64,000 bases of DNA, taken from an uncultured Chloroflexia bacterium. GTDB taxonomy: Bacteria; Chloroflexota; Anaerolineae; JAAYZQ01. Each line of letters starts with the position of its first letter. Position 1 is the first letter of the stretch. This document shows, in pieces, positions 49,676-60,562 of this stretch. The notes under the pieces were generated by a model, which saw nothing but the letters and a program-made list of their open reading frames with translations, was not told where the DNA came from and searched no databases. The DNA lies in NCBI GenBank assembly GCA_963700285.1, contig CAVOXA010000014.1:928001-992000 (forward strand), read 5' to 3'. Position numbers and translations under genes: made by a program.

Positions 49676-50074
49676 ATGCTGGTAACCGATCCGATTGCTG
49701 ACATGCTGACCAGGATCCGCAACGGGCTGATGGTACGGAAACCCTTTGTGCTGATACCCAGTTCCAAGATCAAAGTGGCCATTGCACAGATTCTACTGGA
49801 AGAAGGGTACATCCAGGGGTATGAAGTGACGAACGAACGACCGCAGCCCAATATTCGGGTATGGTTGAAATACGACGAGAAGCGGCGGTCAGTTGTGGCT
49901 GCCCTGGAACGCGTGAGCAGACCCGGCCGGCGGGTATACAAGGGCAAGCAAGAACTCCCATGGGTCCTGAGTGGCCTGGGGATCGCCATTGTGAGTACCC
50001 CAAAAGGAGTAATGACGGGCCGGAAGGCCCGACGCCTGGGTGTAGGCGGCGAAGTCCTTTGTTATGTGTGGTAG
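49676..50074 (+). CDS. rpsH: 30S ribosomal protein S8
   Basis: [21 protein letters not shown]. Confidence 0.98.
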   Translation: MLVTDPIADMLTRIRNGLMVRKPFVLIPSSKIKVAIAQILLEEGYIQGYEVTNERPQPNIRVWLKYDEKRRSVVAALERVSRPGRRVYKGKQELPWVLSGLGIAIVSTPKGVMTGRKARRLGVGGEVLCYVW

Positions 50075-50083
50075 GGGGAAATC

Positions 50084-50635
50084 ATGTCTCGCATTGGCTT
50101 GAAAACCATCGCTTTGCCGGATAAAGTGCAAGTTGACGTTCAGGAAACCCGCGTGAAGGTTAAGGGTCCAAAGGGTGAGTTGATCCGGTCCTTCCATCCC
50201 GACATGGATGTTGTGTTGGAGGATGGGATTCTCCGGGTCCAACGACCGACCGATCACCGTACGCACAAAGCATTGCACGGGCTGACCCGATCTTTGCTGG
50301 CAAACATGGTGACGGGTGTATCGGAAGGATATGCCAAGACCTTGGAGATTGTGGGAACCGGATACCGGGCCGAGTTGCAGGGCGAAAAACTGATACTGCA
50401 CCTGGGGTATTCCCACCCTATCGAGTTCGAAGCCCCGGCTGACATCAGTTTTGAGGTGCCGAGGGGCGGGCGATCTGTGATAGTCCAGGGCATCGACAAA
50501 GAGGTGGTGGGCGAAATAGCGGCTCGTATTCGACGGCAGCGCCCCCCAGAACCTTACAAGGGCAAGGGAGTCCGCTATCAGGACGAGTACGTGCGGCGCA
50601 AAGCTGGCAAGGCCGGCCGGACCGGTAAGGGTTAG
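50084..50635 (+). CDS. rplF: 50S ribosomal protein L6
   Basis: MSRIG, PEPYKGKG. Confidence 0.98.
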   Translation: MSRIGLKTIALPDKVQVDVQETRVKVKGPKGELIRSFHPDMDVVLEDGILRVQRPTDHRTHKALHGLTRSLLANMVTGVSEGYAKTLEIVGTGYRAELQGEKLILHLGYSHPIEFEAPADISFEVPRGGRSVIVQGIDKEVVGEIAARIRRQRPPEPYKGKGVRYQDEYVRRKAGKAGRTGKG

Positions 50636-50649
50636 GGGCAGAGAGAATC

Positions 50650-51019
50650 ATGGACAAAGCAAAAGAGAAGCGCATGGCGCGCAAACGTCGCCATGCCCGT
50701 GTGCGGAAACGGGTATACGGTACCGTCGGAGCGCCCCCGATTGAACGTGTTTCGGAGCCTGAAGCACATTCATGCCCAGGTAATTGATGATACACAGGGT
50801 CATACCTTGGTGGCAGTCTCCACGATGGACCAGGATGTGAGGGCTGAATTGGCAGACAAGGCCAAGATCGGCCAAGCGGAGACTGTGGGAGAAGTGCTCG
50901 CCAAACGGGCACTGGCTGCAGGGATCACGCAGGTCGTCTTTGACCGCGGCGGCTATCAATATCATGGCCGGGTCAAAGCCCTGGCTGAAGCGGCGCGTGA
51001 GGGCGGTTTGGAGTTCTAG
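50650..51019 (+). CDS. rplR: 50S ribosomal protein L18, with one extra base near 50723-50725
   Basis: [25 protein letters not shown] in one frame, then [11 protein letters not shown]...VFDRGGY in the +1 frame. Confidence 0.94.
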
Positions 51020-51126
51020 GATCACTGGCAAGGATGGTATCCTTTTGCTCTTCCCGAGATGGAACGATGCAGTCGGTGTGGAGCAAATCGAAAGAAAGCT
51101 GGTGATCTGGACAACGTGGAGGGATG

Positions 51127-51678
51127 ATGGGCCGTAGACAGGATAGAGGCGGAAGAGGCCGAGAACAAGAAGGCGACGGACTCGACGAGCGAGTCGTACA
51201 CATCGCCCGGACCGCAAAGGTAGTCAAGGGCGGCCGGCGCTTTGCCTTTCGCGCGGTCGTGATCGTTGGGGACAATAACGGCAGCGTGGGCGTGGGCGTG
51301 GGCAAGGCAAGGCAAGTGCCCGAAGCCATTCGCAAAGGGTCCGAACGAGCCAGAAAGAACATGACCTTGGTTCCGCTGACCGGAACAACAATTCCCCACG
51401 AGGTTACGACTCGCTACAGCGCAGCCAAGGTGATGCTAAAGCCTGCCTCGCCTGGGACAGGCGTCATTGCAGGCGGCGGCGTACGCGCAGTTGTAGAAGC
51501 GGCTGGTATCAAAGACATACTTACCAAGTCGCTGGGCAGCGCCAACATCCTCAACGTCGTACAGGCAACGATGCAGGCACTGCAGGAACTGCAGGATCCG
51601 GCCATCGTGGCGGAACGGCGAGGGGTGCCGATAGACAGAGCCCTGCCTTTCTGGATGCGGGGGGACGCTCATGAGTGA
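51127..51678 (+). CDS. rpsE: 30S ribosomal protein S5
   Basis: [17 protein letters not shown]. Confidence 0.98.
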   Translation: MGRRQDRGGRGREQEGDGLDERVVHIARTAKVVKGGRRFAFRAVVIVGDNNGSVGVGVGKARQVPEAIRKGSERARKNMTLVPLTGTTIPHEVTTRYSAAKVMLKPASPGTGVIAGGGVRAVVEAAGIKDILTKSLGSANILNVVQATMQALQELQDPAIVAERRGVPIDRALPFWMRGDAHE

Positions 51679-51886
51679 TCGCAGGAAAGCCACGTCTGAG
51701 GGCAAGTTGCGGATCACCTGGGTCAAAAGCAGCATAGGCTATTCGCGCCGGCAAAAGGGCACGATCCGCGCATTGGGCCTCCACCGATTGGGGGATGTCG
51801 TCGAGCAAGATGACACGCCAGTAATCCGTGGCATGGTGGACAAGGTCGGGCACCTGATACACGTGGATGAGCCCGAAAAGAAGTAA
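51671..51886 (+). CDS. rpmD: 50S ribosomal protein L30
   Basis: [21 protein letters not shown]. Confidence 0.96.
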   Translation: MSDRRKATSEGKLRITWVKSSIGYSRRQKGTIRALGLHRLGDVVEQDDTPVIRGMVDKVGHLIHVDEPEKK

Positions 51887-51934
51887 GGGGATCCTTCAGA
51901 TCCCCCCAGGCTTAGCTTAGTGGGATGGGCAAAA

Positions 51935-52408
51935 ATGCAGCTACATGACTTGCATTCCCCGAAAGGGACAAGAAAACGACGCAAGCGAGTTGGACGAGGG
52001 ATCGCTGCCGGACAGGGCAAGACAGCGGGACGGGGTACCAAGGGACAAGGGGCTCGCGCTGGCGGCGGTAAAGGGCCTTACTTTGAGGGTGGTCAGTTGC
52101 CTTTGGTGCGGCGCCTGCCCTTCAAGAGGGGTTTTACCAACGTCTTTCGAGTAGACTATGTACCTGTCAATCTATACCGCCTAGATGGCTTTGTGACCCA
52201 TGAAGAAGTCACACCTCAGGCACTGGCCGCGGCGGGGATCATCAAGGCAGAATCCCTACCTGTCGCCATCCTGGGCAACGGAGAGATTGACAGGCCTTTG
52301 GTTGTCAAGGCCCACCGGTTCTCGGCTAGCGCCCGTGCCAAGATCGAAAAGGCAGGTGGCTCTGTCGAAGAGTTGCCGTGGGACGTGAAACGCGGCCGAA
52401 GGGGGTAG
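51935..52408 (+). CDS. rplO: 50S ribosomal protein L15
   Basis: RVGRG..GKTAGRGTKGQ, FEGGQLPL. Confidence 0.98.
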   Translation: MQLHDLHSPKGTRKRRKRVGRGIAAGQGKTAGRGTKGQGARAGGGKGPYFEGGQLPLVRRLPFKRGFTNVFRVDYVPVNLYRLDGFVTHEEVTPQALAAAGIIKAESLPVAILGNGEIDRPLVVKAHRFSASARAKIEKAGGSVEELPWDVKRGRRG

Positions 52409-52414
52409 GGATCC

Positions 52415-53785
52415 ATGATCCAGGCTGTCCGTAGTGCCTTCGTACTGCCAGACCTGCGCAAAAAGATCCTATACACGTTCCTGATCCTGGCGATCTATCG
52501 TCTGGCGGCTCACGTACCGGTGCCGGGTGTCAACACCGCCGCCTTGAACCAACTGTTCGAGTCCAACCAGCTGTTGGGGTTGCTAGACCTCCTGTCAGGC
52601 GGGGCGATGGCCAACTTCTCAGTGATGGCAATGGGTGTTTACCCGTACATCACGGCCTCCATTATCCTGCAGCTGTTGACACCGATCATCCCAGCATTGG
52701 AACGCCTGCAGCAAGAAGGAGAGCAGGGAAGGGCAAAGCTCAACCAGTACACTTGGTATCTCACAGTACCACTGGCTGCGCTGCAAGGCTACGGTCAAGC
52801 AGTGATTATGACCCAAATGAGCGGCGGGGTACCAATCCTGAACCAGTTTGGCTTTCAAGCTGCCCCGCTTACGACGGTGGCCATCCTGACCAGCATGACA
52901 GCAGGCACCATGTTCGCTGTGTGGCTCGGTGAGCTAATCAGCGAGCAAGGCATCGGAAATGGTACTTCCATTATCATCCTGGGAGGGATCGTTACCCGGC
53001 TGCCGGAACGGCTTCTGGGTCTGGTCATTTCCCAGGAATGGTTGTCACTCATTCTCTTCTTGGTCATCACGACGATCACAGTCTTTGGCATCGTGTTCAT
53101 CCAAGAGGGCAAGCTGATGGTCTGGGTACAGTACAGCAGCCGGACATTGGGACAACGAGGGGGGCGCCTGCGCCAGACACGCTCGGTGCGAACCCACATC
53201 CCACTGCGGGTCAATATGGCTGGTATGATCCCGCTTATCTTTGCTCAGGCCATCCTGGTCTTTCCCAGCACCATCGCCAGCTATTTCATGGCACCGCTGG
53301 GCCAAGATCCCGCAACTGTGATGGAGACGATTGCCTACTGGGTGGACAGGATTTTTAACCCACAATACAACATCTATTGGCCGCTGTACTTCTTGATGGT
53401 CGTCGCGTTTACCTATTTCTATACGGACGTCATCTTTCAACAGCAGAATATGGCGGAGAACCTGAGAAAGCAGGGCGCCTCTATCCCTGGCATCCGGCCA
53501 GGGAAACGGACGGCAGAGTACCTGACCAAAAAGGTACGGCGTATCACCTTGGTGGGCGCTCTGTTCTTGGGTCTGGTCGCAATCCTTCCCTGGCTGGTGG
53601 GCCTCTTTGTCGGCCTCTTGCCTGGGGCCAGCGCAGGAATTACCACCGGCAGCAATGTGATGTTGATATCCTCGACTGGATTGCTCATTGTGGTTGGTGT
53701 TGTGCTGGACACCATGCGTCAGCTTGAGGCTCAGTTGCAGATGCGTCACTATGACAAGTTCCTGCGCAAGGGAATTCTGGGTTAG
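52415..53785 (+). CDS. secY: Preprotein translocase subunit SecY
   Basis: PYITASII, GIGNG, IPGIRPG; about 10 TM segments. Confidence 0.98.
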   Translation: MIQAVRSAFVLPDLRKKILYTFLILAIYRLAAHVPVPGVNTAALNQLFESNQLLGLLDLLSGGAMANFSVMAMGVYPYITASIILQLLTPIIPALERLQQEGEQGRAKLNQYTWYLTVPLAALQGYGQAVIMTQMSGGVPILNQFGFQAAPLTTVAILTSMTAGTMFAVWLGELISEQGIGNGTSIIILGGIVTRLPERLLGLVISQEWLSLILFLVITTITVFGIVFIQEGKLMVWVQYSSRTLGQRGGRLRQTRSVRTHIPLRVNMAGMIPLIFAQAILVFPSTIASYFMAPLGQDPATVMETIAYWVDRIFNPQYNIYWPLYFLMVVAFTYFYTDVIFQQQNMAENLRKQGASIPGIRPGKRTAEYLTKKVRRITLVGALFLGLVAILPWLVGLFVGLLPGASAGITTGSNVMLISSTGLLIVVGVVLDTMRQLEAQLQMRHYDKFLRKGILG

Positions 53786-53797
53786 GGAGGCCAGGAC

Positions 53798-54460
53798 ATG
53801 CCTACGGATGCATTGTATCTGGTATTGCTCGGTGGCCCCGGGGCTGGCAAGGGCACGCAAGCAGAACGCCTGTCTACAACGCTGGACATACCCCAGGTAT
53901 CCACGGGGGAGCTGTTCCGCGAGAACCTGAAAAAGGATACCGAGTTGGGACTGCTGGCAAAGGGCTATATGGAGCGCGGAGAACTGGTGCCAGACGAGGT
54001 GACCGTGGGCATGGTTCGGGAACGGCTTTCACAACCTGACGCGGCCAAGGGAGCCATTCTGGATGGCTTTCCCAGAACCGTCGCCCAAGCCAAAGCCCTG
54101 GAGGAATTGATGATCGCCATGGGCACAGAACTGGCAGTCGTGCCCTATATCAGAGTGGATGAGGACATCTTGTTGGCGCGCTTGGCAGGCAGGTGGACGT
54201 GCAAATCCTGTGGGGCAATGTACCACGAGATCTTTAGCCCACCCGTACAGGCTGGCCTTTGTGACAAATGCGGTAGTGAACTCTATCAACGGCCAGATGA
54301 CACGCCTGAAACCCAGGAGCACCGGATCAAGGTCTACTTTGAGCAGACAGCGCCCCTGATCGACTACTATCGGGAAAAAGGATTGCTGGCCGAAGTAGAT
54401 GGCCGGCCTGGGATCGATGAAATCCAGGCCAAGTTGCTTGATATCGTCCGAGAGCTATGA
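53798..54460 (+). CDS. adk: Adenylate kinase (zinc LID)
   Basis: GGPGAGKGTQ, LDGFPRT, CKSC..CDKC. Confidence 0.98.
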   Translation: MPTDALYLVLLGGPGAGKGTQAERLSTTLDIPQVSTGELFRENLKKDTELGLLAKGYMERGELVPDEVTVGMVRERLSQPDAAKGAILDGFPRTVAQAKALEELMIAMGTELAVVPYIRVDEDILLARLAGRWTCKSCGAMYHEIFSPPVQAGLCDKCGSELYQRPDDTPETQEHRIKVYFEQTAPLIDYYREKGLLAEVDGRPGIDEIQAKLLDIVREL

Positions 54461-55212
54461 TCAGTCTAAAGTCTGCGCACGAATTGACCCTGATGCGCCA
54501 AGCTGGCCGCATCGTCGCCCAAGTGCTCGGCCAGATCCGGGAAACAGTTGCCCCTGGTGTCTCTACCGGTGATCTGGAAGCCATTGCCGACAAGATCATC
54601 GTGGGCAAGTATAGCGCGGTTCCATCGTTCAAAGGTTACCGGGGATTTCCCGGAATGGTGTGTACCTCAATCAATGAGGAAATCGTGCACGGAATCCCTG
54701 GTGCAAGAGTCTTGAACGAGGGTGATATCCTGAGCGTCGATGTTGGCGTCATCTACATGGGCTATCACGGGGATTCGGCGATTACCGTGGGGGTTGGCAA
54801 GATCGATGACGAAAGCCAGCGGTTGCTGGATGTTACCGCCAGGTCACTGCAAGTCGGAATCGCGATCGCAGAGGCAGGGAACTGGACAACAGACATTTCC
54901 CAAGCGATCCAGGACTATGTTGAAGACCAGGGCTACTCGGTCGTGCGAGAGTATACGGGCCATGGGATCGGGCGCCAGATGCACGAAGACCCACAGATCC
55001 CAAATTATCACGAACCCCGGATTGGGGGTCGGATTAAGCTGCGTCCAGGCATGACTTTTGCCCTGGAACCGATGGTCAACGTGGGCGACTGGCGAACGAG
55101 GGTGCTGGACGACGAATGGACGGTCGTGACGGCTGACGGAAAACGCTCGGCTCATTTTGAACACACTGTAGCTGTCACCAAGAATGGCCCGGAGATCCTG
55201 ACCCAGCTATAG
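54457..55212 (+). CDS. map: Type I methionine aminopeptidase
   Basis: HGIP, GHGIG..MHEDP, EPMVN, AHFEHT. Confidence 0.97.
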   Translation: MISLKSAHELTLMRQAGRIVAQVLGQIRETVAPGVSTGDLEAIADKIIVGKYSAVPSFKGYRGFPGMVCTSINEEIVHGIPGARVLNEGDILSVDVGVIYMGYHGDSAITVGVGKIDDESQRLLDVTARSLQVGIAIAEAGNWTTDISQAIQDYVEDQGYSVVREYTGHGIGRQMHEDPQIPNYHEPRIGGRIKLRPGMTFALEPMVNVGDWRTRVLDDEWTVVTADGKRSAHFEHTVAVTKNGPEILTQL

Positions 55213-55288
55213 GCCATTCAAATAGCCGGCGGGCTGGTGTCCGTCATTCCCGCGTGGTTCTGGCGGGAATCCACCGGAGAGGTAAAAC

Positions 55289-55402
55289 ATGAAGGTCAAA
55301 CCATCTGTGAAGCGACGTTGCGAAAAGTGTAAAATCATCAAGCGCCGGGGAATCGTACGGGTTATCTGTGAGAACCCAAGGCATAAACAGCGACAAGGAT
55401 AA
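55289..55402 (+). CDS. rpmJ: 50S ribosomal protein L36
   Basis: Translated by hand: [37 protein letters not shown] (below the ORF-track cutoff). Confidence 0.97.
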   Translation: MKVKPSVKRRCEKCKIIKRRGIVRVICENPRHKQRQG

Positions 55403-55430
55403 GATATTGGCCATTGATAGGAGGTGAACG

Positions 55431-55814
55431 ATGGCGCGTATTGCGGGTGTAGACCTGCCTCGAGACAAGCAAGTTGAAATCTCACTAACCTATATCTATG
55501 GCATTGGGCGCAGCACCAGCCAGCAGATCCTGGCAATCGCCAACATCGAGCCTGATACGCGGGTACGGGACCTGGCCGAGACCGAGGTCGCCAGGTTGCG
55601 TGAGGTGATTGATCGGAACTACCGGGTAGAAGGTGACCTGCGGCGCGAGGTTGCCATGAACATCAAGCGCTTGCAGGAGATTGGCTGCTACCGCGGCATT
55701 CGCCATCGTAAGAACCTGCCGGTGCATGGTCAGAGGACGCGGACAAATGCGCGCCAGAACCGCGGCGCACGCAAGACAGTGGCTGGCAAGCGCCGGGCGC
55801 GAGCCAAAAAGTAG
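55431..55814 (+). CDS. rpsM: 30S ribosomal protein S13
   Basis: [19 protein letters not shown]. Confidence 0.98.
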   Translation: MARIAGVDLPRDKQVEISLTYIYGIGRSTSQQILAIANIEPDTRVRDLAETEVARLREVIDRNYRVEGDLRREVAMNIKRLQEIGCYRGIRHRKNLPVHGQRTRTNARQNRGARKTVAGKRRARAKK

Positions 55815-55823
55815 GGAGGCACA

Positions 55824-56222
55824 ATGGGACGAACACGTAAGGGGCCAAGGCGTGGACCACGTAGGGAGAAACGAAGCATCCCACGAGGCCGGGCCCATAT
55901 CCAGGCTACATTCAACAACACCATCATTACGATCACCGATCCCCTGGGGAATACCGTCGCCTGGGCAAGTGCCGGGACCGCAGGGTTCAAAGGTTCGCGC
56001 AAGAGTACGCCCTACGCAGCGCAGCTTGCAGGACAGCGCGCCGCCAGGTTGGCTCAAGACAACGGAATGCGCGAACTGGACATTTACATCAAAGGGCCGG
56101 GGCCAGGTCGTGAAGCGGCGATCCGTTCGTTGCAAGCAGCGGGGTTGACCGTCAAAACGATCACCGATGTGACCCCTATCCCCCACAATGGGTGCCGCCC
56201 GCCCAAAAGACGTAGAGTATAA
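55824..56222 (+). CDS. rpsK: 30S ribosomal protein S11
   Basis: [18 protein letters not shown]. Confidence 0.98.
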   Translation: MGRTRKGPRRGPRREKRSIPRGRAHIQATFNNTIITITDPLGNTVAWASAGTAGFKGSRKSTPYAAQLAGQRAARLAQDNGMRELDIYIKGPGPGREAAIRSLQAAGLTVKTITDVTPIPHNGCRPPKRRRV

Positions 56223-56311
56223 GAACCAGGTACCGTCGATTCGGGTAGCGGAGGATCCTGAGTCTCTGGGCACCGCTAGCAGATTGTCGGGTACTCGGTC
56301 TTGGAGGTAGA

Positions 56312-56950
56312 ATGGCAAGATATAAAGACGCGGTGTGCAAGTTATGTCGCCGTGAAGGAGAAAAACTCTTCCTAAAGGGGGAGCGGTGTGTATCGCCCAA
56401 GTGCGCCATGGAGCGACGCGCCTATCCACCGGGTCTGCACGGCAAGCAGTCCCAGTTCCAACGGCGGAAAGCGTCCGACTATGGACTCCAGTTGCGGGCC
56501 AAGCAGAAGGCCAAGCGGGTTTATGGCGTGTTGGAGCGACAGTTCCGTCGCTATTTTGAGGAGGCTGAGCGCCGCCGGGGACTGACAGGAAGCAACCTGC
56601 TGATCCTTCTGGAAAGCCGGCTGGATAGTGTTGTATACCGTCTTGGCTTTGCTTCATCCCGTCCTCAGGCACGGCAGATGGTTCGCCACGGCCACTTGGC
56701 AGTAAACGGGCGCAAAGTGGACATTCCATCATACTTGGTTCGGACTGGTGATGTGGTATCAGTGCGTCCCAACAGCAGCCATAAGACTCTTTTCAAAGAG
56801 GTTGCCCTGGACCTGGAGCACAGGTCGGTCCCCCAATGGCTTAGCCGGGACGACGCGACCATGACGGGGTACGTCCTCGCCCTGCCAGAGCGAGGGGACA
56901 TCGATGTTGCACTTGAGGAACAGCTGATAGTCGAGTACTACAGCCGCTGA
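56312..56950 (+). CDS. rpsD: 30S ribosomal protein S4
   Basis: MARY..CKLCRRE, LESRLD, IVEYYSR. Confidence 0.98.
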   Translation: MARYKDAVCKLCRREGEKLFLKGERCVSPKCAMERRAYPPGLHGKQSQFQRRKASDYGLQLRAKQKAKRVYGVLERQFRRYFEEAERRRGLTGSNLLILLESRLDSVVYRLGFASSRPQARQMVRHGHLAVNGRKVDIPSYLVRTGDVVSVRPNSSHKTLFKEVALDLEHRSVPQWLSRDDATMTGYVLALPERGDIDVALEEQLIVEYYSR

Positions 56951-57038
56951 TCCAAGCAGAGAGCAATCCTATCCATGGATTGGTACACTGGGTTGCTCTT
57001 CTCAGCGGGTCGTAGTTTTTCGAACGAGGGGGTGCCGA

Positions 57039-57986
57039 TTGTTGAATCTGGTATTGCCTAAAATTGAAGCCGACGCCCAGGCGAGGGACTATGGTCGTTT
57101 CGTGATCGGGCCGCTTGAGAGTGGCTACGGGATCACCCTGGGAAACACACTACGTCGGGTCTTGCTATCGTCACTGGAGGGAGCTGCCATCACATCTCTC
57201 CAGGTCAGAGGCATCCACCACGAATTCTCGACGATCCCGCACATTCGGGAAGACATGACATCTCTGCTCCTTAATCTGAAGCAAGTACGGTTCAGGTTCA
57301 GCGAGGGGGTGGAAGACTCGACCCGACTGCGTCTGGAAGTACAAGGTGCGGGAGTCGTGACCGCGGGTGACATCGTGTGTCCACCCATTGTTGAGGTAGT
57401 GAATCCCGAATTATACCTTGCGACTACCGACTCGGCCGACGCCAACCTGGAGATGGAAATGACCGTCGCCAAGGGGCGGGGCTATTCGCCAGCCGAGGAA
57501 CGGGGAAAGCTGCCTGTGGGCGAGATACCGACTGATGCCATCTTTAGCCCCATCCGCAAGGCCAACTTTAAGGTCGGACGGGCCAGGATCGGGCAGGTGA
57601 GCAATTATGACCGTTTGATCATGGAGATCTGGACCGATGGTACGATCTTGCCTGAGAAAGCACTGAGCACAAGCGCCGAGATCCTTGTAAAACACCTGGC
57701 TTTGGTTGCAGAGTTCGGGGATGTAACCCTGGAGCTGGAACCTGAGGTTGAGGAAAGCCGGATTCCCGACCGAATCGCTGAGGCAAATATCGAGGATCTA
57801 GATCTATCGGTGCGCGCATTCAACTGCTTGAAGCGAGCAGGTATCGCCAACGTGGGTGAGATCCTGGAAAAGCTGGAAGCGGATGAAAACGAACTCCTGA
57901 CCATCCGAAATTTCGGCCAAAAGTCGCTGGACGAGCTGAAGGAAAAGCTAGAAGAAAAAGGCTATTGGCCTCTGCCAGCTGCATAG
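57039..57986 (+). CDS. rpoA: RNA polymerase subunit alpha
   Basis: GITLGNTLRRVLLSS, LSVRAFNCLK, NFGQKS. Confidence 0.98.
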   Translation: MLNLVLPKIEADAQARDYGRFVIGPLESGYGITLGNTLRRVLLSSLEGAAITSLQVRGIHHEFSTIPHIREDMTSLLLNLKQVRFRFSEGVEDSTRLRLEVQGAGVVTAGDIVCPPIVEVVNPELYLATTDSADANLEMEMTVAKGRGYSPAEERGKLPVGEIPTDAIFSPIRKANFKVGRARIGQVSNYDRLIMEIWTDGTILPEKALSTSAEILVKHLALVAEFGDVTLELEPEVEESRIPDRIAEANIEDLDLSVRAFNCLKRAGIANVGEILEKLEADENELLTIRNFGQKSLDELKEKLEEKGYWPLPAA

Positions 57987-58023
57987 ACGGAAGATAGGTT
58001 TTCTTTGGAGGCATTGACAAGAG

Positions 58024-58521
58024 ATGAGACATCGTAAGGCAGGTCGCCATCTAAAACGGTCAAGCGGCCATCGGCGAGCGTTATATCGCAATCTGATGAC
58101 AGAGCTTTTCCGCCACGAGCGGATCAAGACGACGGAGGCCAAGGCCCGGGCGATCCGCCCCCTGGCGGAACACACGCTGACCAAGGCGCGTAAGGCCAGA
58201 CCCGAGCGACTGGTAGAATTGGCCAAGCAGCGGGACACGGTCAAGCTCTCTGCTTGGTTCAACGTCAAGAGGGCCGAACAACTCATAGAATTGGCTGAGC
58301 AGGGGGAAGAAGAGGCACTAACCAGGATGGCCCAGGGGATGGCCCTTCACGCTCGACGCCAAGTGCTGGCGACGCTGACAGACAAAGTGATTGCCCACAA
58401 GCTAGTCGATGAGATTGCACCACGCTTTGAGGACCGCCCTGGCGGCTATACCCGGATGTTCAAGCTGGGCATGCGCAAGGGAGACGCCGCCAAGATGGCG
58501 CTCCTGGAATTGGTCGAGTGA
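58024..58521 (+). CDS. rplQ: 50S ribosomal protein L17 (large internal insertion)
   Basis: MRHRK, IKTTEAKA, RPGGYTR, GDAA. Confidence 0.96.
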   Translation: MRHRKAGRHLKRSSGHRRALYRNLMTELFRHERIKTTEAKARAIRPLAEHTLTKARKARPERLVELAKQRDTVKLSAWFNVKRAEQLIELAEQGEEEALTRMAQGMALHARRQVLATLTDKVIAHKLVDEIAPRFEDRPGGYTRMFKLGMRKGDAAKMALLELVE

Positions 58522-58593
58522 GGCATTTGCCCAACATCCGCCAGTACATAAGCAAGATCGCTGGCGATGGTGACGGCACCCAGGAGTGACACG

Positions 58594-59388
58594 ATGAGCC
58601 CGTCGCTGCGGCTCCGGGCCACGGTGGAATACGACGGTACAGACTTTTTCGGCTTTCAGATCCAGGCGCAGGGTCGGACGGTACAGGGGGAACTTGAGCG
58701 AGCGATTGAATTGGTATCAGGCAAAGCGGCCCGAGTGACTGGGGCTGGCCGGACTGATCGGGGAGTTCACGCGCAAGGCCAGGTTATCAGTTTTGAGATT
58801 GAGTGGCCGCATGACGTGGCTGAGCTGCACCGGGCCCTGAATGCAGTTCTCGCCGACGATGTGGCTGTATCGGAGATGGGGCTGGCGACGAGAGACTTCC
58901 ATCCCCGCTTTAGTGCTCGGTATAGGGCGTATCGCTACACCCTTTTTAACCGGCCGTGGCGCTCGCCAGTGAAAAGGCGAGCGGCCTGGCACATAGCCAG
59001 TCAGCTCGATGCGGAGCAAATGGTCGAGGCCAGCCGTTGCCTGATAGGCACCCATGACTTTGCGGCCTTTGGTCGGCCTCCACAAGGTGAGAACACGGTA
59101 CGAACGGTGTTTCGTGCCGAATGGCAGAAGCAAGATGCCTATCTCACCTTTGACATCGAAGCCAATGCCTATCTCTACCGGATGGTACGCAGTATAGTGG
59201 GAACGCTGGTACTGGTGGGGTTGGGGCAAATGTCCTTGAAGGAGTTTGAGGCGATCTTGCATAGTCGAGATCGTAGCAGGATTAGGAAAATCGCGCCAGC
59301 CCAGGGCTTGTGCCTGATGCGGGTCGATTATGCCAAGCGTGAAGGAGCTTGCAGTGAGGACTTTTACGGGAAAGACAGCGGAAATTGA
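58594..59388 (+). CDS. truA: tRNA pseudouridine(38-40) synthase
   Basis: [30 protein letters not shown]; alternative start at 58567. Confidence 0.96.
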   Translation: MSPSLRLRATVEYDGTDFFGFQIQAQGRTVQGELERAIELVSGKAARVTGAGRTDRGVHAQGQVISFEIEWPHDVAELHRALNAVLADDVAVSEMGLATRDFHPRFSARYRAYRYTLFNRPWRSPVKRRAAWHIASQLDAEQMVEASRCLIGTHDFAAFGRPPQGENTVRTVFRAEWQKQDAYLTFDIEANAYLYRMVRSIVGTLVLVGLGQMSLKEFEAILHSRDRSRIRKIAPAQGLCLMRVDYAKREGACSEDFYGKDSGN

Positions 59389-59782
59389 ACACGAGTGGTT
59401 CATAATAGATGCAGAGAACCAAACCCTTGGCCGGTTGGCGTCGAGGATTGCCCCAATTCTCAGAGGCAAACATAAACCGATCTTTACCCCACACCTGGAC
59501 TGCGGTGACTTTGTGATCATCGTCAATGCAGAGAAGGTACGAATAACGGGGCGCAAGCTTGACCAAAAATACTATCACCGGCACTCGGGCTATCCTGGTG
59601 GGCTAAAGAGTGTAAGCCTGCGCGAGCAACTGGATAAGCACCCAGAGCGTGTGCTCCAGTCCGCAGTCAAGGGGATGCTGCCCAAGAACAGGCTGGGACG
59701 GCGGATGATCAAGAAGCTTAAGATTTATGCTGGCGATTCGCATCCTCACCAGGCACAACAGCCCAAGCCTTTGGATCTGTAG
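59354..59782 (+). CDS. rplM: 50S ribosomal protein L13
   Basis: LGRLAS, GKHKP, HSGYPGG; GTG start after AAGGAG; overlaps truA by 35 nt. Confidence 0.97.
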   Translation: MRTFTGKTAEIEHEWFIIDAENQTLGRLASRIAPILRGKHKPIFTPHLDCGDFVIIVNAEKVRITGRKLDQKYYHRHSGYPGGLKSVSLREQLDKHPERVLQSAVKGMLPKNRLGRRMIKKLKIYAGDSHPHQAQQPKPLDL

Positions 59783-59793
59783 GGGGAAAAACT

Positions 59794-60192
59794 ATGTCCA
59801 ATGATGTTCGGTACTATGAGGCGGTAGGTCGGCGCAAGAGAGCCATAGCCCGGGTTCGACTCTATCCCGGTGACGGGGAGATTGTCATCAACGAAAAGGG
59901 ACTTAAGGAGTATTTTGGCCGGTTCCAAGATTGGCAAAGCGTACTGGCGCCACTACAGTTGACCGACCATGAGACTGCGTTTAACCTCTCAGTCCTGGTC
60001 AAGGGTGGTGGTGTTACCGGGCAGGCACACGCCATCCGCCATGGAGTGGCGCGGGCATTGCTGGTGGCTGACCCGAATCTGAGGAAACCCCTGCGCAGGG
60101 CCGGCTTCTTGACGCGCGATCCCAGAGAGAAGGAACGCAAGAAACCTGGTCTCAAGCGTGCCAGGAAGGCGCCGCAGTACACCAAGCGGTAG
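59794..60192 (+). CDS. rpsI: 30S ribosomal protein S9
   Basis: GRRKRAIARV, GGGVTGQ, ERKKPG..QYTKR. Confidence 0.98.
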   Translation: MSNDVRYYEAVGRRKRAIARVRLYPGDGEIVINEKGLKEYFGRFQDWQSVLAPLQLTDHETAFNLSVLVKGGGVTGQAHAIRHGVARALLVADPNLRKPLRRAGFLTRDPREKERKKPGLKRARKAPQYTKR

Positions 60193-60310
60193 ATATCAGT
60201 AGGCGTCGCAACTGGATGCAGACACCGAGTTCCTTTCTCCGAGAGTATCGGGGGCAGGTGCCCGGATCGAGAGGGGGAAACCGCTCTCGCGTATGATCCA
60301 TTTCAGTAAT

Positions 60311-60344
60311 AAGGGGATGTAGCCGGTTGGCTCATCCCCTTTTG
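60311..60344 (+). terminator. Intrinsic terminator of the ribosomal cluster
   Basis: AAGGGGATG-T-AGCC/GGCT-CATCCCCTT followed by TTT. Confidence 0.75.
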
Positions 60345-60533
60345 CTATTCAACCAGATAAGGACATGAACTAGGATATCCCGTACAGGGGTGGACGGTAG
60401 GATGGCTACCACAACTGCCAGGCTCCTTGCAGCGGGCGCAATAGAGAATGCGGTCATGACTGCCACATGTAACCGTAAGATTAGTGGCTGAAAGGCTATA
60501 ATGAGTGAAATTTGATGTCGCCTCATTCAGATA

Positions 60534-60562
60534 TTGCCAATTTACAAAAAGAATGGTATAAT
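60534..60562 (+). promoter_or_regulatory. Sigma70-type promoter of the kinase-like gene
   Basis: TTGCCA-17 bp-TATAAT with TGn extended -10. Confidence 0.7.

Noticed and set aside
44463-51019. rplB and rplR as true pseudogenes
   Set aside because: Both are essential and otherwise fully conserved, so single-base errors are the simpler explanation.
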